The notes under the pieces are model-generated. The model worked only from the letters and a program-made list of their open reading frames with translations. It had not been told where the DNA came from and searched no databases. From NCBI RefSeq assembly GCF_039541115.1, contig NZ_BAABFP010000007.1, forward strand, positions 496,001-560,000: a DNA stretch of 64,000 nt, in the 5' to 3' direction. A program made the position numbers and the translations under genes. Source of the stretch: Angustibacter luteus. Its GTDB lineage: Bacteria > Actinomycetota > Actinomycetes > Actinomycetales > Angustibacteraceae. Within the stretch, counting starts at the first letter, position 1, and the number at the start of each line of letters is the position of its first letter. Below are positions 46,999 through 57,503 of this stretch, piece by piece.

Positions 46999-47065
46999 CC
47001 CGCACCATTCGCGCTCTTGGTGGTTTTCCGGGCCTCATCACGACGGGTAGCGCGAATGGTGCGGG
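46999..47065. terminator. Perfect 17-bp inverted repeat with 33-nt loop between convergent uppS and zur
   Basis: CCCGCACCATTCGCGCT (46999-47015) / AGCGCGAATGGTGCGGG (47049-47065). Confidence 0.6.
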
Positions 47066-47066
47066 A

Positions 47067-47456
47067 TCAGTGGTGGTCGCAGGTGCCGAACAGCTCGAGG
47101 GTGTGGCTGATGTCGCGGAAGCCGTGCTGGCCGGCGACGGCGTCGGCCCACTGCTCGACGGCCGGCCCTTCGACCTCGACGGTCCGGCCGCACTCGCGGC
47201 AGACCAGGTGGTGGTGGTGCGAGCCGGACCGGCAGCGGCGGTAGACGACCTCGCCGTCGTCGGTGCGCAGGGCGTCCACGCCCTCGTCCTCGACCAGGCC
47301 CTGCAGGGCGCGGTAGACGGTCGCCAGCCCGATCGTGCTGCCCTGCTCGCGCATCCCAGCGTAGATCTGCTGCGCGCTGACGAAGGTCGCGCCGTCCGAG
47401 AGGTACGACTCCACCGCCTCGCGCTGCTTGGTGGCGCGTCGGGTCGTGCCGGTCAT
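47067..47456 (-). CDS. zur: Fur-family regulator, Zur type
   Basis: IGLATVYRAL, HHHHLVCRECG, HTLELFGTC; last gene of a Zn ABC operon. Confidence 0.88.
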   Translation of the reverse strand: MTGTTRRATKQREAVESYLSDGATFVSAQQIYAGMREQGSTIGLATVYRALQGLVEDEGVDALRTDDGEVVYRRCRSGSHHHHLVCRECGRTVEVEGPAVEQWADAVAGQHGFRDISHTLELFGTCDHH

Positions 47457-48496
47457 CGCTCCGCCTCCTGCGCCTGCGACCCGGGTGCGTGGTCGTGGGT
47501 GTGGTCGTGGGTGTGGTCGTGGGTGTGGTCGTGCTCGTCGTAGTGCCCGCCGTGCGGGGCGTGCAGGTGCCCGCCGTGCAGGTAGTCGACATGCCCGTCG
47601 TGCAGCACGGCGGGGTGGCCGCAGTTCTCGCCGTGCTCGTGCGCGTGCTGCCCCTCGGCCACCCGGTGCCGGTGCCCGGCCCAGCGCTCGCGCAGCCCGA
47701 CGAGGACGGCCGTCACGGCGAATACCGTCACCGCGAGGACGACGATCGTGGCGCCCGAGGGGGTGCTGGTGTAGAAGCTGGCGCTGATCCCGAACAGGCT
47801 GACCAGCACGCCGACGACCACGGCGACCAGGAGCGAGGTGCGGAAGCTGCGGCTGACGAGCTGCGCGATGGCGTTCGGCACGATCATCAGGGCGCTGATC
47901 AGCAGCAGGCCGACGACCCGCATGGACACCACGACGGTGACGGCGGTCAGGACCGCGAGCACCATGTTGAGGCCGAGGACCGGCAGTCCGACCGCCCGGG
48001 CGTACTCGGGGTCGTTGGCCACGGCGAACAGCCTCGGCGCGAGCACCGCGGTGACCACGAGGACGACCGCGGCGAGCGCGGCGAAGGTCACCAGGTCGCG
48101 AGGACTGGTGGTGGTGATGGCGCCGAACAGGTAGGCGTTCAGATTGGCCGGCGTCCCTTCGGGAGACCGCGAGATCAGCGCGACGCCGAACGCGATGCCG
48201 CCGTAGAACATCACCGCCAGGGCCACGTCGCCGCTCGTCCGTCCGCGCGCCCGGATCAGCTCGATCGCCACTGCCGCAGCGACTGCGGCCAGCAGGGCCG
48301 TCCAGACCGGTGCGCGCCCGCTGACGATGCCGATCGCGACCCCGGCCAGGGCGACGTGTCCCATGCCGTCGCCGATCAGGGCGAGCCGGCGCTGCACGAG
48401 GAAGATCCCGACGACCGGCGCGGCCAGGCCGACGAGCAGCCCGGCCAGCAGGGCCCGGCGCATGAAGTCGTACTGCAGCAGCTCGAGGACCACCAT
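47453..48496 (-). CDS. Zn ABC transporter permease (ZnuB-like) with long His-rich C-terminal tail
   Basis: LIGDGMGHVALAG, YLFG, VGLLLISALMIVP, PSGATIV; tail HEHGENCGH...DHTH repeats. Confidence 0.9.
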   Translation of the reverse strand: MVVLELLQYDFMRRALLAGLLVGLAAPVVGIFLVQRRLALIGDGMGHVALAGVAIGIVSGRAPVWTALLAAVAAAVAIELIRARGRTSGDVALAVMFYGGIAFGVALISRSPEGTPANLNAYLFGAITTTSPRDLVTFAALAAVVLVVTAVLAPRLFAVANDPEYARAVGLPVLGLNMVLAVLTAVTVVVSMRVVGLLLISALMIVPNAIAQLVSRSFRTSLLVAVVVGVLVSLFGISASFYTSTPSGATIVVLAVTVFAVTAVLVGLRERWAGHRHRVAEGQHAHEHGENCGHPAVLHDGHVDYLHGGHLHAPHGGHYDEHDHTHDHTHDHTHDHAPGSQAQEAER

Positions 48497-49287
48497 CACG
48501 CACCGCCGAGGGGGTGCTCGATCCACGGCGAGGGACGTCTGGCGTCCTCGGCGTGCGGGTCGGGCAGGTGGTGGTGGTCCGCGGAGTGCGCCGCGTGCGG
48601 CAGGACCGTGGGTGGCGGCCCGTCGTAGGTGATCCGCCCGTCGGAGACGACGACGGCGCGGGTGAGGACGTCGGCGAGGGGGCCGACCTCGTGGGTCACG
48701 ATGATCATCGGGACGCCGCGGGTGGCGAGCTGGCGGATGGTGTCGGCCAGGGCCTGCTGGCTGACCTGGTCCACGCCGGCGGTGGGTTCGTCCATGACGA
48801 GCACGCCGGGCTCGGCGGCCAGCGCTCGGGCGATGAGGACGCGGCGCTGCTGGCCACCGGAGAGCTCGGCGACGTTCGTGTCGGCGAAACCGGTCAGCCG
48901 CACGGCGTCGATGGCGTCGGTGACGACGGCGCGGTCGGCCGCACCGAGCCGGCCGAGCAGCCCGAGCCGGGGCAGCCGGCCGGAGGAGACGACCTCGCGC
49001 ACGGTCGAGGCGATGGCGCCGCCGACGGTGTGCCGCTGAGGGACGTAGCCGATGGCGGCGCGGTCGCGCCGGTGCCGCAGGGGGTGACCGAGCAGCTCGA
49101 CGTCGCCGCTCATCACGGTGGCGAGCCCGAGCAGCCCGCGCACCAGGGTGGTCTTGCCGGAGCCGTTCGCGCCGAGCACCGCGACGACCTCGCCGTCGGT
49201 GACGGTCAGGTCCGCGTTCCGGACGACGGCTCGGTCGCCGTAGCCGATGGTCACGTCGCGCATGCGCACGACCGCGGGGCTCGTCAT
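48496..49287 (-). CDS. Zn ABC transporter ATP-binding protein (ZnuC-like)
   Basis: GANGSGKTT, IGYVPQ, LSGGQQRR, MDEPTAGVD. Confidence 0.92.
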   Translation of the reverse strand: MTSPAVVRMRDVTIGYGDRAVVRNADLTVTDGEVVAVLGANGSGKTTLVRGLLGLATVMSGDVELLGHPLRHRRDRAAIGYVPQRHTVGGAIASTVREVVSSGRLPRLGLLGRLGAADRAVVTDAIDAVRLTGFADTNVAELSGGQQRRVLIARALAAEPGVLVMDEPTAGVDQVSQQALADTIRQLATRGVPMIIVTHEVGPLADVLTRAVVVSDGRITYDGPPPTVLPHAAHSADHHHLPDPHAEDARRPSPWIEHPLGGA

Positions 49288-50231
49288 CGGCAGGGCTGCC
49301 CGTGGCGCAGGTTGGCCAGGTTGGCGCGCATGACCTCGAAGTAGGTCGTGCCGGCCGATTCGGCGGTGAGGCCCTCGATGGGGTCCAGGACGGCGGCGGC
49401 CGCGCCGGTCTCGCGGGCGACGGTCTCGGCCACGGCCGGGCTGACCAGGGTCTCGTAGTAGATGGTCCGCACGTGGTTCGCCTCCACGAAGTCGACGACG
49501 TCGGCGAGCTCTCGCGGCTGCGGCTCCGCCTCGGGGCTCAGGCCGGTGATGGGCACCTGTCGCAGGTCGTAGCGCTGGGCGAGGTAGCCGAAGGCGTTGT
49601 GGCTGGTCACCAGGTCCGGGTTCGCACAGGCGGACAGGCCACGGCGGTAGTCGGCGTCCAGCGCGGCCAGCTCGGCCCGCAGCGCCGTCAGGTTGCGCGC
49701 GAAGGCGGGGGCGTCGTCCGGTCGCAACCGGGCCATCGAGGCCTCCAGCGCGGTGGCGACGGCGGAGAGCCGCACGGGGTCGAGCCAGAAGTGCGGGTCG
49801 GTGCTGCCGGCCTCGTTCTGCTTCTTGGCTCCGTCCTCGATGGGCGTGAACGTGAGGTTGAGGTCGGCGGACGGTGCCGCGTCGAACGTGGCCGGGGGGC
49901 CGGCGGCCGCGATGCCGTCGTCGACGGCCGGCTGAAACCCGCTGAGGTAGACCACGAGGTCGGAGTCCTGCAGGTGCGCGACGTCGCGGGGGGTGAGCTC
50001 GAGGTCGTGCGGTTCGGCGCCTGGCCGGGTCAGCGACGAGACCCGGACGGCGTCCCCGCCGATCCGCTGGGTGATGAACTGCAGCGGGTAGAAGCTGGCC
50101 GTCACGTGCAGCCGCCCGTCGGCACGGGGGGAGTGCGCAGCGGCGTCGCCGCTGCAGGCGCTCAGGGCGAGCAGGCCGGCCAGCGCCAGCAGGGCAGTGC
50201 CCGCGGCGGCTAGGGGCCGACTCCTCATCAT
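49284..50231 (-). CDS. Zn ABC substrate-binding lipoprotein (ZnuA-like)
   Basis: Lipobox LSAC, GAEPHD, DPHFW, SHNAFGY, LDPIEG. Confidence 0.92.
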   Translation of the reverse strand: MMRSRPLAAAGTALLALAGLLALSACSGDAAAHSPRADGRLHVTASFYPLQFITQRIGGDAVRVSSLTRPGAEPHDLELTPRDVAHLQDSDLVVYLSGFQPAVDDGIAAAGPPATFDAAPSADLNLTFTPIEDGAKKQNEAGSTDPHFWLDPVRLSAVATALEASMARLRPDDAPAFARNLTALRAELAALDADYRRGLSACANPDLVTSHNAFGYLAQRYDLRQVPITGLSPEAEPQPRELADVVDFVEANHVRTIYYETLVSPAVAETVARETGAAAAVLDPIEGLTAESAGTTYFEVMRANLANLRHGQPCR

Positions 50232-50268
50232 GACAATCATTCTCACCAACTATGAGAACGGTTGTCAA
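50230..50268 (-). promoter_or_regulatory. Two Zur-box-like palindromes covering the -35 (TTGACA) and -10 (GAGAAT) of the leaderless znuA promoter
   Basis: ATGACAATCATTCTCAC (50230-50246) and ATGAGAACGGTTGTCAA (50252-50268). Confidence 0.8.
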
Positions 50269-50277
50269 TCTTTGGAG

Positions 50278-50610
50278 TCAGCTCCTCGGGAAGAACTGCA
50301 CCGCGGACAGCGCCACCGCGAGCAGCAGCACAGCCAGACGACCGAGCCGCTCGGACGTGGTCAGCCGCGGCCAGCTCAGGTAGAGCAGCCACGCCACGAA
50401 CAGCGCCACCACGCCCGTGCAGATCCCGCCGACCACACCACCGCGGAAGAGCCCGACCAGCAGCAGGCCGAGTAGCACCAGGAACGGGACCGGACGCGGC
50501 AGCCGCGAGATCCGGGACAGCACCGGGTGGCTGGCTCGCGCCACGGCGAGCCGCAACGAGGACGGCGCGGGGGACGGTGCGGGGCTGGGGGCTGGTGTCG
50601 ATGAGGGCAC
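50278..50610 (-). CDS. Small membrane protein, DUF6703-like
   Basis: ASHPVLSRISRLP...WLLYLSWPRL...RLGRLAVL; three hydrophobic helices. Confidence 0.65.
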   Translation of the reverse strand: MPSSTPAPSPAPSPAPSSLRLAVARASHPVLSRISRLPRPVPFLVLLGLLLVGLFRGGVVGGICTGVVALFVAWLLYLSWPRLTTSERLGRLAVLLLAVALSAVQFFPRS

Positions 50611-50656
50611 GTGACATCCTCCCAGGAGCCAGCATCCGTCGTCCGGGGAGGTAGTC

Positions 50657-51028
50657 GTGCCGCTCGTGGTGGTCACCCGATACCGAGTCCCGCCCGGCGA
50701 CGAGCCGACGTTCCGCGGCCGGGCCCGCGAGGCGCTGGATGCGTTGCGCGCCCAGCCGGGCTGTCGGCGTGGCCACGTCGGCCGCTCCATCGACGACCCG
50801 CAGCGGTGGTTGCTGCAGACGGAGTGGGACACGACCGGTGCCTACCGCCGTGCGCTGTCGTCGTACGACGTCAAGCTCCGTGCCGTGCCGGTGATGTACC
50901 ACGCCATCGACGAGCCGACCGCGTACGAGTCGCTCGTGGAGGCCGACGAGAACGGGCTCAGCGAGCACGCGAGCGACCGTGATCCGAGCGCCGGAACCGC
51001 TTCGCCCGGGCGGCACGGCGACCGGTAG
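50657..51028 (+). CDS. Antibiotic biosynthesis monooxygenase (ABM)-like protein
   Basis: GRSIDDP...TEW...AYRRALSSYDVK...DEPTAYE; upstream of glyQS. Confidence 0.8.
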   Translation: MPLVVVTRYRVPPGDEPTFRGRAREALDALRAQPGCRRGHVGRSIDDPQRWLLQTEWDTTGAYRRALSSYDVKLRAVPVMYHAIDEPTAYESLVEADENGLSEHASDRDPSAGTASPGRHGDR

Positions 51029-51096
51029 CCTGGCTGACCACCGCGCGTCGCCCGCCTCGACGCGCGTCACCCGAGCTCTGATGGAGTGATCCGCCC

Positions 51097-52494
<1,398 letters not shown>

Positions 52495-52517
52495 CGCCTC
52501 CCGCGAGCGCGAGTGGG

Positions 52518-53465
52518 CTAGCTGCGGCAGGCGCCCGCCGTCCAGTCGTCGGCGGCCGCGCGCAGGCGCTCGAGGACGAGCGCGATGGCCGGGTCGTCCT
52601 GCGAACCGGCCCGGACGGCGGCGTAGAAGTGCCGTGACGCCGGTGACCCGAGCACGGGGACGACGGCCAGCCCCTCGACCGGCAGCGGCTGCGCGAGTCG
52701 CGGCACCAGCGCCACGCCGGCGCCGGCCGCGACCAGCGCGCCCAGGGCGACCCAGTCCCCGACGTGGTGCCGGACGTCGGCGGTGAAGCCCGCGTTCGTG
52801 CAGACGGCGTCGGTCAGCTGCGCGCAGGACCCACCCGGGTAGCCCGCGACCCACCGCTCGCCGGCCAGGTCGATCAGCCGGACGCCGGCGGGGTCGGCGA
52901 GCGGGTGGCCGGCGGGGAGCACCGCGTCGAGCGGGTCGACCAGCAGGTCGATCCGGTAGTAGCGGGAGTCGGTCGACGGCGGGCTCGGCCGGTGGTGGAC
53001 GGTCACGGCGACGTCGACGTCACCGAGGTCGAGCATCGTGAACAGCTCGGGCGGCTCCGACTCGCCGACGGTCAGCGAGAGCCCAGGATGGCTGTCGCAC
53101 AAGGACTTCAGCGCTGGGGCCACGATCGCGCTGATGCCCGTCGACAGCGACGCGATGCTCACCTGGCCGGCCTGCCCCGCGTCCCAGGTGGCGAGGTCGG
53201 CGCGGGCGGCCTGCAGCTGCTGCTCGATCACCGCGGCGTGCTCCAGCAGCAGCCGGGCGCGGCTGGTCAGCCGGACGCCGCGACCGCGCTTCTCGAGCAA
53301 CTGGACGCCCGTCTCGCGGGCCAGCCCGGCGATCTGCTGGGAGACGGCGGACGGGGTCAGGTGCAGGGCGGCGGCCGCCGCCGAGACGGTGCCCCGCTGC
53401 TCCAGCATGCGCAGGACGCGGAGACGTCGCAGGTCGATCGTGAAGTCCCGGCTCAACGTTGACAT
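52518..53465 (-). CDS. LysR family regulator
   Basis: AAAALHLTPSAVSQQI...GRGVRLT; divergent from an EamA gene. Confidence 0.92.
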   Translation of the reverse strand: MSTLSRDFTIDLRRLRVLRMLEQRGTVSAAAAALHLTPSAVSQQIAGLARETGVQLLEKRGRGVRLTSRARLLLEHAAVIEQQLQAARADLATWDAGQAGQVSIASLSTGISAIVAPALKSLCDSHPGLSLTVGESEPPELFTMLDLGDVDVAVTVHHRPSPPSTDSRYYRIDLLVDPLDAVLPAGHPLADPAGVRLIDLAGERWVAGYPGGSCAQLTDAVCTNAGFTADVRHHVGDWVALGALVAAGAGVALVPRLAQPLPVEGLAVVPVLGSPASRHFYAAVRAGSQDDPAIALVLERLRAAADDWTAGACRS

Positions 53466-53514
53466 GAACGAATTGTAGATGGACTGAACGGTGGCGGGGC
53501 CCGAGAATGGGGCC

Positions 53515-54426
53515 ATGAGTCGTCGTGCGGTGCTCCTGTTCGCTGGTCTGTCGATCGCCTGGGGCATCCCGTACCTGCTGATCAAGATCGCGGTCGAGGA
53601 GCTCAGCCCCCTCACGCTCGTCTTCGCCCGGACGGCGCTCGCCGCCGTCCTGCTGCTACCCGTCGCCATCGCCCGGGGCTGGGTGCGGCCGGTGCTGGCC
53701 CGCTGGCCCAAGCTGCTCGTGTTCACGGCGGTCGAGATCACCGTGCCCTGGCTGCTGCTGTCCCGCGCCGAGCAGCACCTGTCCAGCTCGCTGACCGCGC
53801 TGCTGGTTGCCGCCGTGCCGCTGGTCGGGGTCGGGGTCGCCATGGTCACCGGTCGGCGCGAGCAGCTGGGCCGGCTGGGCGGGCTCGGCCTGCTCGTGGG
53901 CATCGCCGGCGTCGGGCTGCTGGTGGGGGTGGACGTGAGCGGTAGCCAGTGGTCCGCGGTGGCCGAGATGGGTGTCGTCGTCGTGGGGTACGCGTTCGGC
54001 GCCGCACTCCTGGCGCGCTGGTTCTCCGACGTCCCCGGCCCCGGCGTGGTCGCCCTCTCGCTGACCGCCGCCGCGCTGGGCTACCTGCCGTTCGCCGTTC
54101 CCGGCCTGCCCTCCACGATGCCGTCGGGCCGGGTCGTCCTGGCCGTCGTCCTGCTGGCCCTGGTGTCCACGGCCGCGGCGTTCCTGCTGCTGGTGGCCCT
54201 GGTCGGCGAGATCGGTCCGGTGCGCGCCACGACCATCACCTACGTCAACCCGGCAGTGGCGGTCGTGGCCGGTGCCCTCGTGCTCGGCGAGCAGGTCACG
54301 GTATGGACGCTCGGCGGGTTCGCCCTGGTGATCGCCGGGTCGGTGCTGGTGAACCGTCGCCAGCCCGCGCAGGAGGTCCTCGACGAGAGCGCACCCTGCC
54401 CCGCACCCGTCACCGCAGCCACCTGA
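53515..54426 (+). CDS. EamA/DMT family transporter
   Basis: About ten TM helices; WGIPYLLIK, ITYVNPAVAV. Confidence 0.9.
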   Translation: MSRRAVLLFAGLSIAWGIPYLLIKIAVEELSPLTLVFARTALAAVLLLPVAIARGWVRPVLARWPKLLVFTAVEITVPWLLLSRAEQHLSSSLTALLVAAVPLVGVGVAMVTGRREQLGRLGGLGLLVGIAGVGLLVGVDVSGSQWSAVAEMGVVVVGYAFGAALLARWFSDVPGPGVVALSLTAAALGYLPFAVPGLPSTMPSGRVVLAVVLLALVSTAAAFLLLVALVGEIGPVRATTITYVNPAVAVVAGALVLGEQVTVWTLGGFALVIAGSVLVNRRQPAQEVLDESAPCPAPVTAAT

Positions 54427-54433
54427 GCCGCGG

Positions 54434-54466
54434 GGATCGTGACACCCGTCATGGGTGGATCGTGAC
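54434..54466 (+). promoter_or_regulatory. Putative response-regulator sites: GGATCGTGAC direct repeat (23-bp period) with TGAC-N4-GTCA palindrome
   Basis: Copies at 54434-54443 and 54457-54466; palindrome 54440-54451. Confidence 0.5.
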
Positions 54467-54511
54467 GAGCGCTCCGGGGTTGCCGGCGTCCTGACCGACA
54501 CCGTGGACGGC

Positions 54512-55489
54512 ATGAGCGAGAACGCCACCACCGACGTCGAAGCAACCGCCTTCGAAGCCACCGCCCCCTCGTCACCGAGCGGGGCGCCGGCCCTGCGGCT
54601 GCGCGACCTGCGCAAGCACTACGGCGACGTCCGAGCCGTCGACGGCATCGACCTGACCGTCGAGCGCGGCGAGATCGTCGCCTTCCTCGGGCCCAACGGT
54701 GCCGGCAAGACCACGACGATCGACATGCTGCTGGGACTGGCCCGCCCCACCAGCGGCACCGTGCACGTCCTGGGTCGCGACCCGGAGGAGGCCGTCGCCC
54801 GCGGTGAGATCGCCGCGGTCATGCAGTCCGGCGGCCTGCTCAAGGACGTGACGGTCCGCGAGACCGTGCAGATGCTCGCGGCCCTGTTCCGCTCCGCGCG
54901 ACCGGTCGACGAGGTGCTCGACCGCGCCGGGATCGCGGACATCGGCGACCGGATGGTCGGCAAGTGCAGCGGCGGCCAGCAGCAGCGGCTGCGTTTCGCG
55001 CTGGCCCTGCTGCCGGACCCCAAGCTGCTGCTGCTGGACGAGCCGACCACCGGGATGGACGTCGAGGGTCGGCGGGACTTCTGGGCGGCGATCCGCACGG
55101 ACGCCGCCCAGGGCCGGACGGTGCTGTTCGCCACCCACTACCTGGACGAGGCAGACGCCTACGCGGACCGGATCGTCCTGGTCAGCAAGGGGCGCCTCGT
55201 CGCCGACGGCAGCGCGGCCGAGATCAAGAACCTGGCATCGGGTCGGGTGGTCACCGCGACCCTGCCCACGACCTCCGAGGTGGAGCTCGCGCGGTTCCCG
55301 GGGGTCGAGCGCGCTGAGCGACGGGGGAGCCGGGTCTTCCTGCGCGGCAAGGACTCCGACGCCATCGCCCGGCACCTGCTGACCGCGACCGACGCCCGCG
55401 ACCTCGAGATCACCTCGACCGGTCTCGAGGACGCCTTCATCGCCCTCACCGGCGACCACACGAGCACCGAGAACGGGAGCGAGCGATGA
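54512..55489 (+). CDS. ABC transporter ATP-binding protein
   Basis: GPNGAGKTT, CSGGQQQR, LDEPTTGMD, ATHYLDEAD. Confidence 0.93.
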   Translation: MSENATTDVEATAFEATAPSSPSGAPALRLRDLRKHYGDVRAVDGIDLTVERGEIVAFLGPNGAGKTTTIDMLLGLARPTSGTVHVLGRDPEEAVARGEIAAVMQSGGLLKDVTVRETVQMLAALFRSARPVDEVLDRAGIADIGDRMVGKCSGGQQQRLRFALALLPDPKLLLLDEPTTGMDVEGRRDFWAAIRTDAAQGRTVLFATHYLDEADAYADRIVLVSKGRLVADGSAAEIKNLASGRVVTATLPTTSEVELARFPGVERAERRGSRVFLRGKDSDAIARHLLTATDARDLEITSTGLEDAFIALTGDHTSTENGSER

Positions 55490-56271
55490 GCACGGTCAGC
55501 GCCACCAGCACCCTGGCGGACGAGCGGACGCCGCGGGTCGGCTACAGCCTGACGTTCCTGCGGCTCGAGCTGCGCCGGCTGGTCCGCAACCGCCGGACCG
55601 TCATCTTCACCCTGCTGATGCCTGCAGTGTTCTTCCTGGCCTTCGGCACCAGCAAGAGCTACCGCACCGAGTCGGCCGGCACCGGCAACGTCACCGCCTA
55701 CGTGATGGTCAGCATGGCGGTCTACGGCGCCATGATCGCGACCACCAGCGGGGGCGCCAGCGTGTCCATCGAGCGGGCCGTCGGCTGGAGCCGGCAACTG
55801 CGGCTCACCCCGCTGCGCCCGATCGCCTACATCGCGATGAAGATGACCTGCGCCATGCTGCTCGGCCTGGCCGCCGTCGTGGTCGTCTTCGCGGTCGGCT
55901 GGCTGGAGCACGCGCAGATGCCGGCCAGCGCCTGGGTCGAGTGCGGGCTCATCGCCTGGGTCGGATCGCTCGTCTTCGCGGCCTTCGGCCTGTTCATGGG
56001 GTACCTGCTGCCCAGCGAGAACGTCATGCAGATCCTCGGACCCGGGCTGGCGCTGCTGGCCTTCGCCGGCGGGCTCTTCATCCCGCTGGACGACGGCTCG
56101 ACCTTCGCCACCTTCTCGGCGTTCACCCCGATGAACGGCCTGGCCAAGCTGTGCCGGGCGCCGCTGACCGGGGACTGGCAGCTGAGCGCCCTGGTCAACG
56201 TCGTGGTCTGGGGCGTGATCTTCGCGGCCGGCGCCGCGTGGCGCTTCCGCCGGGACACGGCCCGGGTGTGA
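55486..56271 (+). CDS. ABC-2 type permease
   Basis: About six TM helices; ERAVGWSRQLRLTPL. Confidence 0.9.
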   Translation: MSTVSATSTLADERTPRVGYSLTFLRLELRRLVRNRRTVIFTLLMPAVFFLAFGTSKSYRTESAGTGNVTAYVMVSMAVYGAMIATTSGGASVSIERAVGWSRQLRLTPLRPIAYIAMKMTCAMLLGLAAVVVVFAVGWLEHAQMPASAWVECGLIAWVGSLVFAAFGLFMGYLLPSENVMQILGPGLALLAFAGGLFIPLDDGSTFATFSAFTPMNGLAKLCRAPLTGDWQLSALVNVVVWGVIFAAGAAWRFRRDTARV

Positions 56272-56315
56272 ACCAGCTGCTGTCGCCGCGCTCACGGACC
56301 TCTACGGTGAGGTCC

Positions 56316-57503
56316 GTGAGCAGCGGCACGTCCGGGACCGGCGTCCGACCCCCCTGCCCCGACGAGCCGGCCGGCATGGACCCGAACCTGTTCGGCGGGG
56401 TCGGGCGGCTGCGCCCCGCGCTGTTCGCGGGGGTCTGGCTGGTCTACCTGATCCCGGCGCTGCTGGACGCCTGGCGCTCGGACGGGCCGTGGCGGTGGGT
56501 CGGTGTGCTGTCCCTGCTCTGCTTCGGCGCGTTGTTCGTGAACGGCGCCCTGCTGACCAGGGCGACCCGGCGCCGGGAGCCGCACGCCCGCGGGTGGATG
56601 TGGGCGAGCCTCTTCGCGATGGCGGGGCTGCTGGTGCTCGCCGCCCCCGCGGCAGGCTCCGACATCGGCGGCGGCACGATCTACATCGCCGTGCTGGCGG
56701 TCATGGCGCTCGGCGGTCGCGAGGCCCTCGCCGTGGTGGCCGTCGTGGCGATCGGGTCCGAGGTGGTGCCGCGCCTGGTGCCCGGCTGGACGGCCGACGA
56801 CTTCTTCGCGTTCCAGGTCATCGTGGCGAGCCTCGCCTCATGGGGGATCACCCAGGTGATCGCCCGCAACGCCGACCTGCTGCGGGCCCGCGAGGAGATC
56901 GGGCGGCTGGCGGTGGCCGACGAGCGCGCCCGGATGGCGCGGGACCTGCACGACATCCTCGGACACTCGCTGACGGTGATCACGGTGAAGGCCGAGCTGG
57001 CCGGGCGGATCGCCGAGCAGGAGGGTGCGGAGCTGGCGCGCGCCGAGATCGGCGACGTCGAGCGGCTGGCCCGCGAGGCGCTGGCCGACGTGCGAGCCAC
57101 CATCGGCGGCGTGCGCGGCGTCACCCTGGCCGGCGAGCTCGCCGGGGCGCGCACGGCGCTCGAGGCCGCCGGCATCACCGCCCAGCTGCCCTCGTCCGTC
57201 GACGACGTGCCGCCCGCCTGGCGCGAGCTGTTCGCCTGGACGCTGCGCGAGGGCGTCACGAACGTGGTGCGGCACAGCCAGGCCGAGCGCTGCGTCGTCC
57301 GGCTGACCCCACGGGCGATCGAGGTGCTGGACGACGGGTGTGGACCGGTTCCCGACGAGCACGCCGGGGGGCACGGCCTCGCCGGGCTGCGCGAGCGGGC
57401 CGGGCAGCAGGGCGCCACGATGTCGGTCGGATCCGGTGCGGCCGCCAACCCGATCGCCAACGGCCACGCCGGCTTCGTCCTGCGGGTGGAGGTGCCGGCG
57501 TGA
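56316..57503 (+). CDS. DesK-like (HisKA_3) sensor histidine kinase, start uncertain
   Basis: ERARMARDLHDILGHSL, REGVTNVVRHS, DDG, GLAGLRER. Confidence 0.9.
   Translation: MSSGTSGTGVRPPCPDEPAGMDPNLFGGVGRLRPALFAGVWLVYLIPALLDAWRSDGPWRWVGVLSLLCFGALFVNGALLTRATRRREPHARGWMWASLFAMAGLLVLAAPAAGSDIGGGTIYIAVLAVMALGGREALAVVAVVAIGSEVVPRLVPGWTADDFFAFQVIVASLASWGITQVIARNADLLRAREEIGRLAVADERARMARDLHDILGHSLTVITVKAELAGRIAEQEGAELARAEIGDVERLAREALADVRATIGGVRGVTLAGELAGARTALEAAGITAQLPSSVDDVPPAWRELFAWTLREGVTNVVRHSQAERCVVRLTPRAIEVLDDGCGPVPDEHAGGHGLAGLRERAGQQGATMSVGSGAAANPIANGHAGFVLRVEVPA

Noticed and set aside
51029..51096. T-box or glycine riboswitch upstream of glyQS
   Set aside because: The leader is only about 68 nt with one simple hairpin (CGCGCGTCG/CGACGCGCG) and no T-box consensus.
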